Assembly (NCBI RefSeq): GCF_964355755.1
Contig: NC_092674.1
Coordinates: 17,360,001 to 17,424,000, forward strand
DNA: 64,000 nucleotides
Reading direction: 5' to 3'
Origin: Antedon mediterranea
Lineage: Eukaryota > Animalia > Echinodermata
Shown here piece after piece: positions 14,901 through 28,776 of this stretch (positions are counted from its first letter, which is position 1; each line of letters begins with the position of its first letter). The notes under the pieces were generated by a model, which worked only from the letters and a program-made list of their open reading frames with translations, was not told the origin of the DNA and ran no database searches. A program made the position numbers and the translations under genes.

Positions 14901-17900
14901 CGAGAGAGAGATAGATCAGCGAGCAAGAGATAGATCAGCGAGAGAGAGATAGATCAGCGAGAGAGAGATAGATCAGCGAGAGAGAGATAGATCAGCGAGA
15001 GAGAGATAGATCAGCGAGAGAGAGAGATAGATAATCGAGAGAGAGATAGATCAGCGAGAGAGAGATAGATCAGCGAGAGAGAGATAGATCAGCGAGAGAG
15101 AGATAGATCAACGAGAGAGAAATAGATCAGCGAGAGAGAGATAGATCAGCGAGAGAGAGATAGATCAGCGAGAGAGAGATAGATCAGCGAGAGAGAGATA
15201 GATCAGAGAGAGAGAGATAGATCAGCGATAGAGAGAGATAGATCAGCGAGAGAGAAATAGATCAGCGGGAGAGAGAGAGATAGATCGAGGAGAGAGAGAT
15301 AGATCAGCGAGAGAGAGAGAGATCAGCGAGAGAGAGATAGATCAGCGAGAGAGAGATAGATCAGCGAGAGAGAGATAGATCAGCGAGAGAGAGATAGATC
15401 AGCGAGAGAGAGATAGATCAGCGAGAGAGAGCGATAGATCAGCGAGAGAGAGAGGTAGATCAGCGAGAGAGAAAGAGATAGATCAGCGAGAGAGAGATAG
15501 ATCAGCGAGAGAGAGAGAGATAGATCAGCGAGAGAGAGATAGATCAGCGAGAGAGAGAGAGAGAGATAGATCAGCGAGAGAGAGATAGATCAGCGAGAGA
15601 GAGATAGATCAGCGAGAGAGATATAGATCAGCGAGAGAGAGATAGATCAGCGAGAGAGAGATAGATCAGCGAGAGAGAGAGAAAGATCAGCGAGAGAGAG
15701 ATAGATCAGCGAGAGAGAGATAGATCAGCGAGAGAGAGATAGATCAGCGAGAGAGAGATAGATCAGCGAGAGAGAGATAGATCAGCGAGAGAGAGATAGA
15801 TCAGAGAGAGAGAGATAGATCAGCGATAGAGAGAGATAGATCAGTGAGAAAGAGAGAGAGATAGATCAGCGAGAGAGAGATAGATCAGCGAGAGAGAGAT
15901 AGATCAGCGAGAGGGAGATAGATCAGCGAGAGAGAGAGAGATAGATCAGCGAGAGAGAGATAGATCAGCGAGAGAGAGATAGATCAGCGAGAGGGAGATA
16001 GATCAGCGAGAGAGAGATAGGTCAGCGAGATAGAGATAGATCAGCGAGAGAGAGATAGATCAGCGAGATAGAGATAGATCAGCGAGAGAGAGATAGATCA
16101 GCGAGAGAGAGATAGATCAGTGAGAGAGAGATAGATGAGCGAGAGAGAGAGATAGATCAGCGAGAGAGAGATAGATCAGCGAGAGAGAGATAGATCAGCG
16201 AGAGAGAAATAGATCAGCGAGAGAGAGATAGATCAGCGAGAGAGAGAGAGATAGATCAGCGAGAGAGAGATAGATCAGCGAGAGAGAGATAGATCAGCGG
16301 GAGAGAGATAGATCAGCGAGAGAGAGATATAGATCAGCGAGAGAGAAATAGATCAGCGGGAGAGAGAGAGATAGATCGAGGAGAGAGAGATAGATCAGCG
16401 AGAGAGAGATAGATCAGCAAGAGAGAGATAGATCAGCAAGAGAGAGATAGATCAGCGAGAGAGAAATAGATCAGCGAGAGAGAGATAGATCAGCGAGAGA
16501 GAGATAGATCAGCGAGAGAGAGATAGATCAGCGAGAGAGAAATAGATCAGCGAGAGAGAGATAGATCAGCGAGAGAGATATAGATCAGCGAGAGAGAGAT
16601 AGATCAGCGAGAGAGAGAGATAGATCATCGAGAGAGAGATAGATCAGCGAGAGAGATAGATCAGCGAGAGAGAGATAGATCAGCGAGATTGAGATAGATC
16701 AGCGAGAGAGAAATAGATCAGCGAGAGAGAGATAGATCAGCGAGAGAGAGATAGATCAGCGAGAGAGAGATAGATCAGCGAGAGAGAGATAGATCAGAGA
16801 GAGAGAGATAGATCAGCGATAGAGAGAGATAGATCAGCGAGAGAGAAATAGATCAGCGGGAGAGAGAGAGATAGATCGAGGAGAGAGAGATAGATCAGCG
16901 AGAGAGAGAAAGATCAGCGAGAGAGAGATAGATCAGCGAGAGAGAGATAGATCAGCGAGAGAGAGATAGATCAGCGAGAGAGAGATATATCAGCGAGAGA
17001 GAGATAGATCAGCGAGAGAAAGCGATAGATCAGCGAGAGAGAGAGGTAGATCAGCGAGAGAGAAAGAGATAGATCAGCGAGAGAGAGATAGATCAGCGAG
17101 AGAGAGAGATAGATCAGCGAGCGAGAGATAGATCAGAGAGAGAGAGAGAGAGAGAGAGATAGATCAGCGAGAGAGAGATAGATCAGCGAGAGAGAGATAG
17201 ATCAGCGAGAGAGAGATAGATCAGCGAGAGAGAGATAGATCAGCGAGAGAGAGATAGATCAGCGAGAGAAAGATAGATCAGCGAGAGAGATAAAGATCAG
17301 CGAGAGAGAGATAGATCAGCGAGAGAGAGATAGATCAGCGAGAGAGAGAGAAAGATCAGCGAGAGAGAGATAAATCAGTGAGAGAGAGATAGATCAGCGA
17401 GAGAGAGATAGTTCAGCGAGAGAGAGATAGATCAGCGAGAGAGAGATAGATCAGCGAGAGAGAGATAGATCAGAAAGAGAGAGATAGATCAGCGATAGAG
17501 AGAGATAGATCAGTGAGAGAGAGAGATAGATCAGCGAGAGAGAGATAGATCAGCGAGAGAGAGATAGATCAGCGAGAGGGAGATAGATCAGCGAGAGAGA
17601 GATAGATCAGCGAGAGAGAGATAGATCAGCAAGAGAGAGCGATAGATCAGCGAGAGAGAGAGGTAGATCAGCGAGAGAGAGAAAGATAGATCAGCGAGAG
17701 AGAGATAGAACAGCGAGAGAGAGATAGATCAGCGAGAGAGAAAGAGATAGATCAGCGAGAGAGAGATAGATCAGCGAGAGAGAGATAGATCAGCGAGAGA
17801 GAGAGATAGATCAGCGAGAGAGAGATAGATCAGCGAGAGAGAGATAGATCAGCGAAAGAGAGATAGATCAGCGAGAGAGAGATAGATCAGCGAGATAGAG

Positions 17901-18939
17901 ATAGATCAGCGAGAGAGAGATAGATCAGCGAGAGAGAGATAGATCAGTGAGAGAGAGATAGATGAGCGAGAGAGAGAGATAGATCAGCGAGAGAGAGATA
18001 GATCAGCGAGAGAGAGATAGATCAGCGAGAGAGAAATAGATCAGCGAGAGAGAGATAGATCAGCGAGAGAGAGAGAGATAGATCAGCGAGAGAGAGATAG
18101 ATCAGCGAGAGAGAGATAGATCAGCGGGAGAGAGATAGATCAGCGAGAGAGAGATATAGATCAGCGAGAGAGAAATAGATCAGCGGGAGAGAGAGAGATA
18201 GATCGAGGAGAGAGAGATAGATCAGCGAGAGAGAGATAGATCAGCGAGAGAGAGATAGATCAGCAAGAGAGAGATAGATCAGCGAGAGAGAAATAGATCA
18301 GCGAGAGAGAGATAGATCAGCGAGAGAGAGATAGATCAGCGAGAGAGAGATAGATCAGCGAGAGAGAAATAGATCAGCGAGAGAGAGATAGATCAGCGAG
18401 AGAGATATAGATCAGCGAGAGAGAGATAGATCAGCGAGAGAGAGAGATAGATCATCGAGAGAGAGATAGATCAGCGAGAGAGATAGATCAGCGAGAGAGA
18501 GATAGATCAGCGAGAGAGAGATAGATCAGCGAGAGAGAAATAGATCAGCGAGAGAGAGATAGATCAGCGAGAGAGAGATAGATCAGCGAGAGAGAGATAG
18601 ATCAGCGAGAGAGAGATAGATCAGAGAGAGAGAGATAGATCAGCGATAGAGAGAGATAGATCAGCGAGAGAGAAATAGATCAGCGGGAGAGAGAGAGATA
18701 GATCGAGGAGAGAGAGATAGATCAGCGAGAGAGAGATAGATCAGCGAGAGAGAGATAGATCAGCGAGAGAGAGATAGATCAGCGAGAGAGAGATATATCA
18801 GCGAGAGAGAGATAGATCAGCGAGAGAGAGCGATAGATCAGCGAGAGAGAGAGGTAGATCAGCGAGAGAGAAAGAGATAGATCAGCGAGAGAGAGATAGA
18901 TCAGCGAGAGAGAGAGATAGATCAGCGAGCGAGAGATAG

Positions 18940-18975
<36 letters not shown>

Positions 18976-21166
18976 TCAGCGAGAGAGAGATAGATCAGCG
19001 AGAGAGAGATAGATCAGCGAGAGAGAGATAGATCAGCGAGAGAGAGATAGATCAGCGAGAGAGAGATAGATCAGCGAGAGAAAGATAGATCAGCGAGAGA
19101 GATAAAGATCAGCGAGAGAGAGATAGATCAGCGAGAGAGAGATAGATCAGCGAGAGAGAGAGAAAGATCAGCGAGAGAGAGATAAATCAGCGAGAGAGAG
19201 ATAGATCAGCGAGAGAGAGATAGATCAGCGAGAGAGAGATAGATCAGCGAGAGAGAGATAGATCAGCGAGAGAGAGATAGATCAGAAAGAGAGAGATAGA
19301 TCAGCGATAGAGAGAGATAGATCAGTGAGAGAGAGAGATAGATCAGCGAGAGAGAGATAGATCAGCGAGAGAGAGATAGATCAGCGAGAGGGAGATAGAT
19401 CAGCGAGAGAGAGATAGATCAGCGAGAGAGAGATAGATCAGCAAGAGAGAGCGATAGATCAGCGAGAGAGAGAGGTAGATCAGCGAGAGAGAGAAAGATA
19501 GATCAGCGAGAGAGAGATAGAACAGCGAGAGAGAGATAGATCAGCGAGAGAGAAAGAGATAGATCAGCGAGAGAGAGATAGATCAGCGAGAGAGAGATAG
19601 ATCAGCGAGAGAGAGAGATAGATCAGCGAGAGAGAGATAGATCAGCGAGAGAGAGATAGATCAGCGAAAGAGAGATAGATCAGCGAGAGGGAGATAGATC
19701 AGCGAGAGAGATAGATCAGCGAGAGATAGATAGATCAGCGAGAGAGAGATAGATCAGCGAGAGAGAGATAGATCAGCGAGAGAGAGATAGATCAGCTAGA
19801 GAAAGATAGATCAGCGAGAGAGATATAGATCAGCGAGAGAGAGATAGATCAGCGAGAGAGAGAGATAGATCAGCGAGAGAGAGAGATAGACCAGCGAGAG
19901 GGAGATAGATCAGCGACAGAGAGATAGATCAGCGAGAGAGAGATAGATCAGCGAGAGAGAGATAGATCAGCGAGAGAGAGACAGATCAGCGAGAGAGAGA
20001 GATATAGATCAGCGAGAGAGAGATAGATCAGCGAGAGAGAGAGATAGATCAGCGAGAGAGAGATAGAACGATCAGCGAGAGAGAGATAGATCAGCGAGAG
20101 AGAGATAGATCAGCGAGAGAGAGATAGATCAGCGAGAGAGATATAAATCAGCGAGAGAGAGAGATAGATCAGCGAGAGAGAGATAGATCAGCGAGAGAGA
20201 GAGATAGATCAGCGAGAGAGAGATAGATCAGCGAGAGAGAGATAGATCAGCGAGATAGCGATAGATCAGCGAGAGAGAGATAGATCAGCGAGAGAGAGAT
20301 AGATCAGCGAGAGAGAGATAGATCAGCGAGAGGGAGATAGATCGGGGAGAGAGAGATAGATCAGCGAGAGAGAGAGATAGATCATCGAGAGAGAGATAGA
20401 TCAGCGAGAGAGAGATAGATCAGCGAGAGAGAGATAGATCAGCGAGAGAGAAATAGATCAGCGAGAGAGAGATAGATCAGCGAGAAAGAGATAGATCAGC
20501 GAGAGAGAGATAGATCAGCGAGAGAGAGATAGATCAGAGAGAGAGATAGATCAGCGATAGAGAGAGATAGATCAGCGAGAGAGAAATAGATCAGCGGGAG
20601 AGAGAGAGATAGATCGAGGAGAGAGAGATAGATCAGCGAGAGAGAGATAGATCAGCGAGAGAGAGATAGATCAGCGAGAGAGAGATAGATCAGCGAGAGA
20701 GAAATAGATCAGCGAGAGAGAGATAGATCAGCGAGAGAGAGATAGATCAGCGAGAGAGAGATAGATCAGCAAGAGAGATATAGATCAGCGAGAGAGAGAT
20801 AGATCAGCGAGAGAGAGAGATAGATCAGCGAGAGAGAGATAGATCGGCGAGAGAGAGATAGATCATCGAGAGAGAGATAGATCAGCGAGAGAGAGATAGA
20901 TCAGCGAGAGAGAGATAGATCAGCGAGAGAGAGATAGATCAGCGAGAGAGAGAGATAGATCAGCGAGAGAGAAATAGATCAGCGAGAGAGAGATAGATCA
21001 GCGAGAGAGAGATAAATCAGCGAGAGAGAGACACATCAGCGAGAGAAAGACAGATCAGCGAGAGAGAGACAGATCAGCGAGAGAGAGAGAGAGACAGACA
21101 GATCAGCGAGAGAGAGAGACAGATCAGCGAGAGAGACACAGATCAGCGAAAAAGACACAGATCAGC

Positions 21167-21200
<34 letters not shown>

Positions 21201-24200
21201 TTAGCGAGAGAGAGACAGATCAGCGAGAGAGGGACAGATCAGTGAGAGAGAGAGACAGATTGGCTAGAGAGAGACAGATCAGCGAGAGAGAGACAGATCG
21301 GCTAGAGAGAGACAGATCAGCGAGAGAGAGACAGATCAGCGAGAGAGAGATAGATCAGCGAGAGGGAGATAGATCAGCGAGAGAGAGATAGATCAGTGAG
21401 AGAGAGATAGATCAGCGAGAGAGAGATAGATCAGCGAGAGAGAGAGATAGATCAGCGAGAGAGGGATAGATCAGCGAGAGAGAGATAGATCAGTGAGAGG
21501 GAGATAGATCAGAGAGAGAGAGATAGATCAGCGAGAGAGAGATAGATCAGCGAGAGAGAGAAAGATCAGCGAGAGAGAGATAGATCAGCGAGAGAGAGAT
21601 AGATCAGCGAGAGAGAGATAGATCAGCGAGAGAGAGAAAGATCAGCGAGAGAGAGATAGATCAGCGAGAAAGAGATAGATCAGCGAGAGAGAGATAGATC
21701 AGCGAGACAGAGATAGATCAGCGAGAGAGAGATAGATCAGCGAGAGAGAGATAGATCAGCGAGAGAGAGATAGATCAGCGAGAAAGAGATAGATCAGCGA
21801 GAGAGAGATAGATCAGCGAGAGAGAGATAGATCAGCGAGAGAGAGATAGATCAGCGAGAGAGAGATAGATCAGCGAGACAGAGATAGATCAGCGAGAGAG
21901 CGATAGATCAGCGAGAGAGAGATAGATCAGCGAGAGAGAGATAGATTAGCGAGAGAGAGATAGATCAGCGAGAGAGAGATAGATCAGCGAGAGAGAGATA
22001 GATCAGCGAGAGAGAGACAGATCAGCGAGAGAGAGATAGATAAGCGAGAGAGAGATAGATCAGCGAGACAGATATAGATCAGCGAGAGAGAGATAGATCA
22101 GCGAGAGAGAGATAGATCAGCGAGAGAGAGATAGATCAACGAGAGAGAGAGATAGATCAACGAGAGAGAGATCAGCGAGAGAGATAGATCAGCGAGAGAG
22201 AGAGATAGGTCAGCGAGAGAGAGATAGATCAGCGAGAGAGAGATAGATCAGCGAGATAGAGATAGATCAGCGAGAGAGAGATAGATCAGCGAGAGAGAGA
22301 TAGATCAGCGAGAGCGAGATACATCGGGGAGAGAGAGATAGATCAGCGAGAGAGAGATAGATAAGCGAGAGAGAGATAGATCAGTGAGAGAGAGATAGAT
22401 CAGCGAGAGAGATAGATAGATCAGCGAGAGAGAGAGATAGATAGATCAGTTAGAGAGAGATAGATCAGCGAGAGAGAGAGATAGATAAGCCAGAGAGAGA
22501 TAGATCAGCGAGAGAGGGATAGATCAGTGAGAGAGAGAGATAGATCAGCGAGAGAGAGAGATAGATCAGCGAGAGAGAGATAGATCAGCGAGAGAGAGAG
22601 ATATAGACCAGCGAGAGGGAGATAGATCAGCGAGAGAGAGATAGATCAGCGAAAGAGAGATAGATCAGTGAGAGAGAGATAGATCAGCGAGAGAGAGATA
22701 GATCAGCGAGAGAGAGAGATAGATCATCGAGAGAGAGATAGATCAGCGAGAGAGATAGATCAGCGAGAGAGAGATAGATCAGCGAGAGAGAGATAGATCA
22801 GCGAGAGAGAAATAGATCAGCGAGAGAGAGATAGATCAGCGAGAGAGAGATAGATCAGCGAGAGAGAGATAGATCAGAGAGAGAGATAGATCAGCGATAG
22901 AGAGAGATAGATCAGCGAGAGAGAAATAGATCAGCGGGAGAGAGAGAGATAGATCGAGGAGAGAGAGATAGATCAGCGAGAGAGAGATAGATCAGCGAGA
23001 GAGAGATAGATCAGCGAGAGAGAGATAGATCAGCGAGAGAGAAATAGATCAGCGAGAAAGAGTTAGATCAGCGAGAGAGAGATAGATCAGCGAGAGAGAG
23101 AGATAGATCAGCGAGAGAGAGATAGATCAGCGAGAGAGAGATAGATCAGCGAGAGAGAGATAGATCAGCGAGAGAGAGAGATAGATCATCGAGAGAGAGA
23201 TAGATCAGCGAGAGAGAGATAGATCAGCGAGAGAGAGATAGATCAGCGAGAGAGAGATACATCAGCGAGAGAGAAATAGATCAGCGAGAGAGAGATAGAT
23301 CAGCGAGAGAGAGATAGATCAGCGAGAGAGAGATAGATCAGCGAGAGAGAGATAGATCAGAGAGAGAGAGATAGATCAGCGATAGAGAGAGATAGATCAG
23401 CGAGAGAGAAATAGATCAGCGGGAGAGAGAGAGATAGATCGAGGAGAGAGAGATAGATCAGCGAGAGAGAGAGAGATCAGCGAGAGAGAGATAGATCAGC
23501 GAGAGAGAGATAGATCAGCGAGAGAGAGATAGATCAGCGAGAGAGAGATAGATCAGCGAGAGAGAGATAGATCAGCGAGAGAGAGCGATAGATCAGCGAG
23601 AGAGAGAGGTAGATCAGCGAGAGAGAAAGAGATAGATCAGCGAGAGAGAGATAGATCAGCGAGAGAGAGAGATAGATCAGCGAGAGAGAGATAGATCAGC
23701 GAGAGAGAGAGAGAGAGATAGATCAGCGAGAGAGAGATAGATCAGCGAGAGAGAGAAAGATCAGCGAGAGAGATATAGATCAGCGAGAGAGAGATAGATC
23801 AGCGAGAGAGAGATAGATCAGCGAGAGAGAGAGAAAGATCAGCGAGAGAGAGATAGATCAGCGAGAAAGAGATAGATCAGCGAGAGAGAGATAGATCAGC
23901 GAGAGAGAGATAGATCAGCGAGAGAGAGATAGATCAGCGAGAGAGAAATAGATCAGAGAGAGAGAGAGATAGATCAGCGAGAGAGAGATAGATCAGCGAG
24001 AGAGAGATAGATCAGCGAGAGAGAGATAGATCAGCGAGAGAGAGATAGATCAGCGAGAGAGAGATAGATCAGCGAGAGAGAGATAGATCAGCGAGAGAGA
24101 GATAGATCAGCGAGAGAGAGAGAGATAGATCGAGAGGAGAGAGATAGATCAGCGAGAGAGAGATAGATCAGCGAGACAGAGATAGATCAGCGAGAGAGAG

Positions 24201-27200
24201 ATAGATAAGCGGGAGAGAGATAGATCAGCGAGAGAGATATAGATCAGCGAGAAAGAGATAGATCAGCGAGAGAGAGATAGATCGGCGAGAGAGAGATAGA
24301 TCAACGAGAGAGAGAGATAGATCAACGAGAGAGAGATCAGCGAGAGAGATAGATCAGCGAGAGAGAGAGATAGGTCAGCGAGAGAGAGATAGATCAGCGA
24401 GAGAGAGATAGATCAGCGAGACAGAGATAGATCAGCGAGAGCGAAATACATCGGGGAGAGAGAGATAGATCAGCGAGAGAGAGATAGATAAGCGAGAGAG
24501 AGATAGATCAGCGAGAGAGAGATAGATCAGCGAGAGAGAGATAGATCAGCGAGAGAGATAGATAGATCAGCGAGAGAGAGAGATAGATAGATCAGTTAGA
24601 GAGAGATAGATCAGCGAGAGAGAGAGATAGATAAGCCAGAGAGAGATAGATCAGCGAGAGAGAGATAGATCAGTGAGAGAGAGAGATAGATCAGCGAGAA
24701 AGAGATAGATCAGCGAGAGAGAGATAGATCAGCGAGAGAGAGAGATATAGACCAGCGAGAGGGAGATAGATCAGCGAGAGAGATAGATCAGCGAGAGAGA
24801 GATAGATCAGCGAGAGAGAGATAGATCAGCGAGAGAGAGATAGATCAGCGAGAGAGAGAGATAGATCATCGAGAGAGAGATAGATCAGCGAGAGAGATAG
24901 ATCAGCGAAAGAGAGATAGATCAGCGAGAGAGAGATAGATCAGCGAGAGAGAAATAGATCAGCGAGAGAGAGATAGATCAGCGAGAGAGAGATAGATCAG
25001 CGAGAGAGAAATAGATCAGCGAGAGAGAGATAGATCAGAGAGAGAGAGATAGATCAGCGATAGAGAGAGATAGATCAGCGAGAGAGAAATAGATCAGCGG
25101 GAGAGAGAGAGATAGATCGAGGAGAGAGATAGATCAGCGAGAGAGAGATAGATCAGCGAGAGAGAGATAGATCAGCGAGAGAGAGATAGATCAGCGAGAA
25201 AGAAATAGATCAGCGAGAGAGAGATTGATCAGCGAGAGAGAGATAGATCAGTGAGCAAGAGATAGATCAGCGAGAGAGAGATAGATCAGCGAGAGAGAGA
25301 TAGATCAGCGAGAGAGAGATAGATCAGCGAGAGAGAGAGATAGATAATCGAGAGAGAGATAGATCAGCGAGAGAGAGATAGATCCGCGAGAGAGAGATAG
25401 ATCAGCGAGAGAGAGATAGATCAACGAGAGAGAAATAGATCGGCGAGAGAGAGATAGATCAGCGAGAGAGAGATAGATCAGCGAGAGAGAGATAGATCAG
25501 CGAGAGAGAGATAGATCAGAGAGAGAGAGATAGATCAGCGATAGAGAGAGATAGATCAGCGAGAGAGAAATAGATCAGCGGGAGAGAGAGAGATAGATCG
25601 AGGAGAGAGAGATAGATCAGCGAGAGAGAGAGAGATCAGCGAGAGAGAGATAGATCAGCGAGAGAGAGATAGATCAGTGAGAGAGAGATAGATCAGCGAG
25701 AAAGAGATAGATCAGCGAGAGAGAGATAGATCAGCGAGAGAGAGCGATAGATCAGCGAGAGAGAGAGGTAGATCAGTGAGAGAGAAAGAGATAGATCAGC
25801 GAGAGAGAGATAGATCAGCGAGAGAGAGAGATAGATCAGCGAGAGAGAGATAGATCAGCGAGAGAGAGAGAGAGATAGATCAGCGAGAGAGAGATAGATC
25901 AGCGAGAGAGATATAGATCAGCGAGAGAGAGATAGATCAGCGAGAGAGAGATAGATCAGCGAGAGAGAGAGAAAGATCAGCGAGAGAGAGATAGATCAGC
26001 GAGAGAGAGATAGATCAGCGAGAGAGAGATAGATCAGCGAGAGAGAGATAGATCAGCAAGAGAGAGATAGATCAGCGAGAGAGAGATAGATCAGAGAGAG
26101 AGAGATAGATCAGCGATAGAGAGAGATAGATCAGTGAGAAAGAGAGAGAGATAGATCAGCGAGAGAGAGATAGATCAGCGAGAGAGAGATAGATCAGCGA
26201 GAGGGAGATAGATCAGCGAGAGAGAGAGAGATAGATCAGCGAGAGAGAGATAGATCAGCGAGAGAGAGATAGATCAGCGAGAGGGAGATAGATCAGCGAG
26301 AGAGAGATAGGTCAGCGAGATAGAGATAGATCAGCGAGAGAGAGATAGATCAGCGAGATAGAGATAGATCAGCGAGAGAGAGATAGATCAGCGAGAGAGA
26401 GATAGATCAGTGAGAGAGAGATAGATGAGCGAGAGAGAGAGATAGATCAGCGAGAGAGAGATAGATCAGCGAGAGAGAGATAGATCAGCGAGAGAGAAAT
26501 AGATCAGCGAGAGAGAGATAGATCAGCGAGAGAGAGAGAGATAGATCAGCGAGAGAGAGATAGATCAGCGAGAGAGAGATAGATCAGCGGGAGAGAGATA
26601 GATCAGCGAGAGAGAGATATAGATCAGCGAGAGAGAAATAGATCAGCGGGAGAGAGAGAGATAGATCGAGGAGAGAGAGATAGATCAGCGAGAGAGATAA
26701 AGATCAGCGAGAGAGAGATAGATCAGCGAGAGAGAGATAGATCAGCGAGAGAGAGAGAAAGATCAGCGAGAGAGAGATAAATCAGCGAGAGAGAGATAGA
26801 TCAGCGAGAGAGAGATAGATCAGCGAGAGAGAGATAGATCAGCGAGAGAGAGATAGATCAGCGAGAGAGAGATAGATCAGAAAGAGAGAGATAGATCAGC
26901 GATAGAGAGAGATAGATCAGTGAGAGAGAGAGATAGATCAGCGAGAGAGAGATAGATCAGCGAGAGAGAGATAGATCAGCGAGAAGGAGATAGATCAGCG
27001 AGAGAGAGATAGATCAGCGAGAGAGAGATAGATCAGCAAGAGAGAGCGATAGATCAGCGAGAGAGAGAGGTAGATCAGCGAGAGAGAGAAAGATAGATCA
27101 GCGAGAGAGAGATAGAACAGCGAGAGAGAGATAGATCAGCGAGAGAGAAAGAGATAGATCAGCGATAGAGAGATAGATCAGCGAGAGAGAGATAGATCAG

Positions 27201-28740
27201 CGAGAGAGAGAGATAGATCAGCGAGAGAGAGATAGATCAGCGAGAGAGAGATAGATCAGCGAAAGAGAGATAGATCAGCGAGAGGGAGATAGATCAGCGA
27301 GAGAGATAGATCAGCGAGAGATAGATAGATCAGCGAGAAAGAGATAGATCAGCGAGAGAGAGATAGATCAGCGAGAGAGAGATAGATCAGCTAGAGAAAG
27401 ATAGATCAGCGAGAGAGATATAGATCAGCGAGAGAGAGATAGATCAGCGAGAGAGAGATAGATCAGCGAGAGAGAGAGATAGACCAGCGAGAGGGAGATA
27501 GATCAGCGACAGAGAGATAGATCAGCGAGAGAGAGATAGATCAGCGAGAGAGAGATAGATCAGCGAGAGAGAGACAGATCAGCGAGAGAGAGAGATATAG
27601 ATCAGCGAGAGAGAGATAGATCAGCGAGAGAGAGAGATAGATCAGCGAGAGAGAGATAGAACGATCAGCGAGAGAGAGATAGATCAGCGAGAGAGAGATA
27701 GATCAGCGAGAGAGAGATAGATCAGCGAGAGAGATATAAATCAGCGAGAGAGAGAGATAGATCAGCGAGAGAGAGATAGATCAGCGAGAGAGAGAGATAG
27801 ATCAGCGAGAGAGAGATAGATCAGCGAGAGAGAGATAGATCAGCGAGATAGCGATAGATCAGCGAGAGAGAGATAGATCAGCGAGAGAGAGATAGATCAG
27901 CGAGAGAGAGATAGATCAGCGAGAGGGAGATAGATCGGGGAGAGAGAGATAGATCAGCGAGAGAGAGAGATAGATCATCGAGAGAGAGATAGATCAGCGA
28001 GAGAGAGATAGATCAGCGAGAGAGAGATAGATCAGCGAGAGAGAAATAGATCAGCGAGAGAGAGATAGATCAGCGAGAAAGAGATAGATCAGCGAGAGAG
28101 AGATAGATCAGCGAGAGAGAGATAGATCAGAGAGAGAGATAGATCAGCGATAGAGAGAGATAGATCAGCGAGAGAGAAATAGATCAGCGGGAGAGAGAGA
28201 GATAGATCGAGGAGAGAGAGATAGATCAGCGAGAGAGAGATAGATCAGCGAGAGAGAGATAGATCAGCGAGAGAGAAATAGATCAGCGAGAGAGAGATAG
28301 ATCAGCGAGAGAGAGATAGATCAGCGAGAGAGAGATAGATCAGCAAGAGAGATATAGATCAGCGAGAGAGAGATAGATCAGCGAGAGAGAGATAGATCAG
28401 CGAGAGAGAGATAGATCGGCGAGAGAGAGATAGATCAGCGAGAGAGAGAGATAGATCATCGAGAGAGAGATAGATCAGCGAGAGAGAGATAGATCAGCGA
28501 GAGAGAGATAGATCAGCGAGAGAGAGAGATAGATCAGCGAGAGAGAAATAGATCAGCGAGAGAGAGATAGATCAGCGAGAGAGAGATAAATCAGCGAGAG
28601 AGAGACACATCAGCGAGAGAAAGACAGATCAGCGAGAGAGAGACAGATCAGCGAGAGAGAGAGAGAGACAGACAGATCAGCGAGAGAGAGAGACAGATCA
28701 GCGAGAGAGACACAGATCAGCGAAAAAGACACAGATCAGC

Positions 28741-28776
<36 letters not shown>
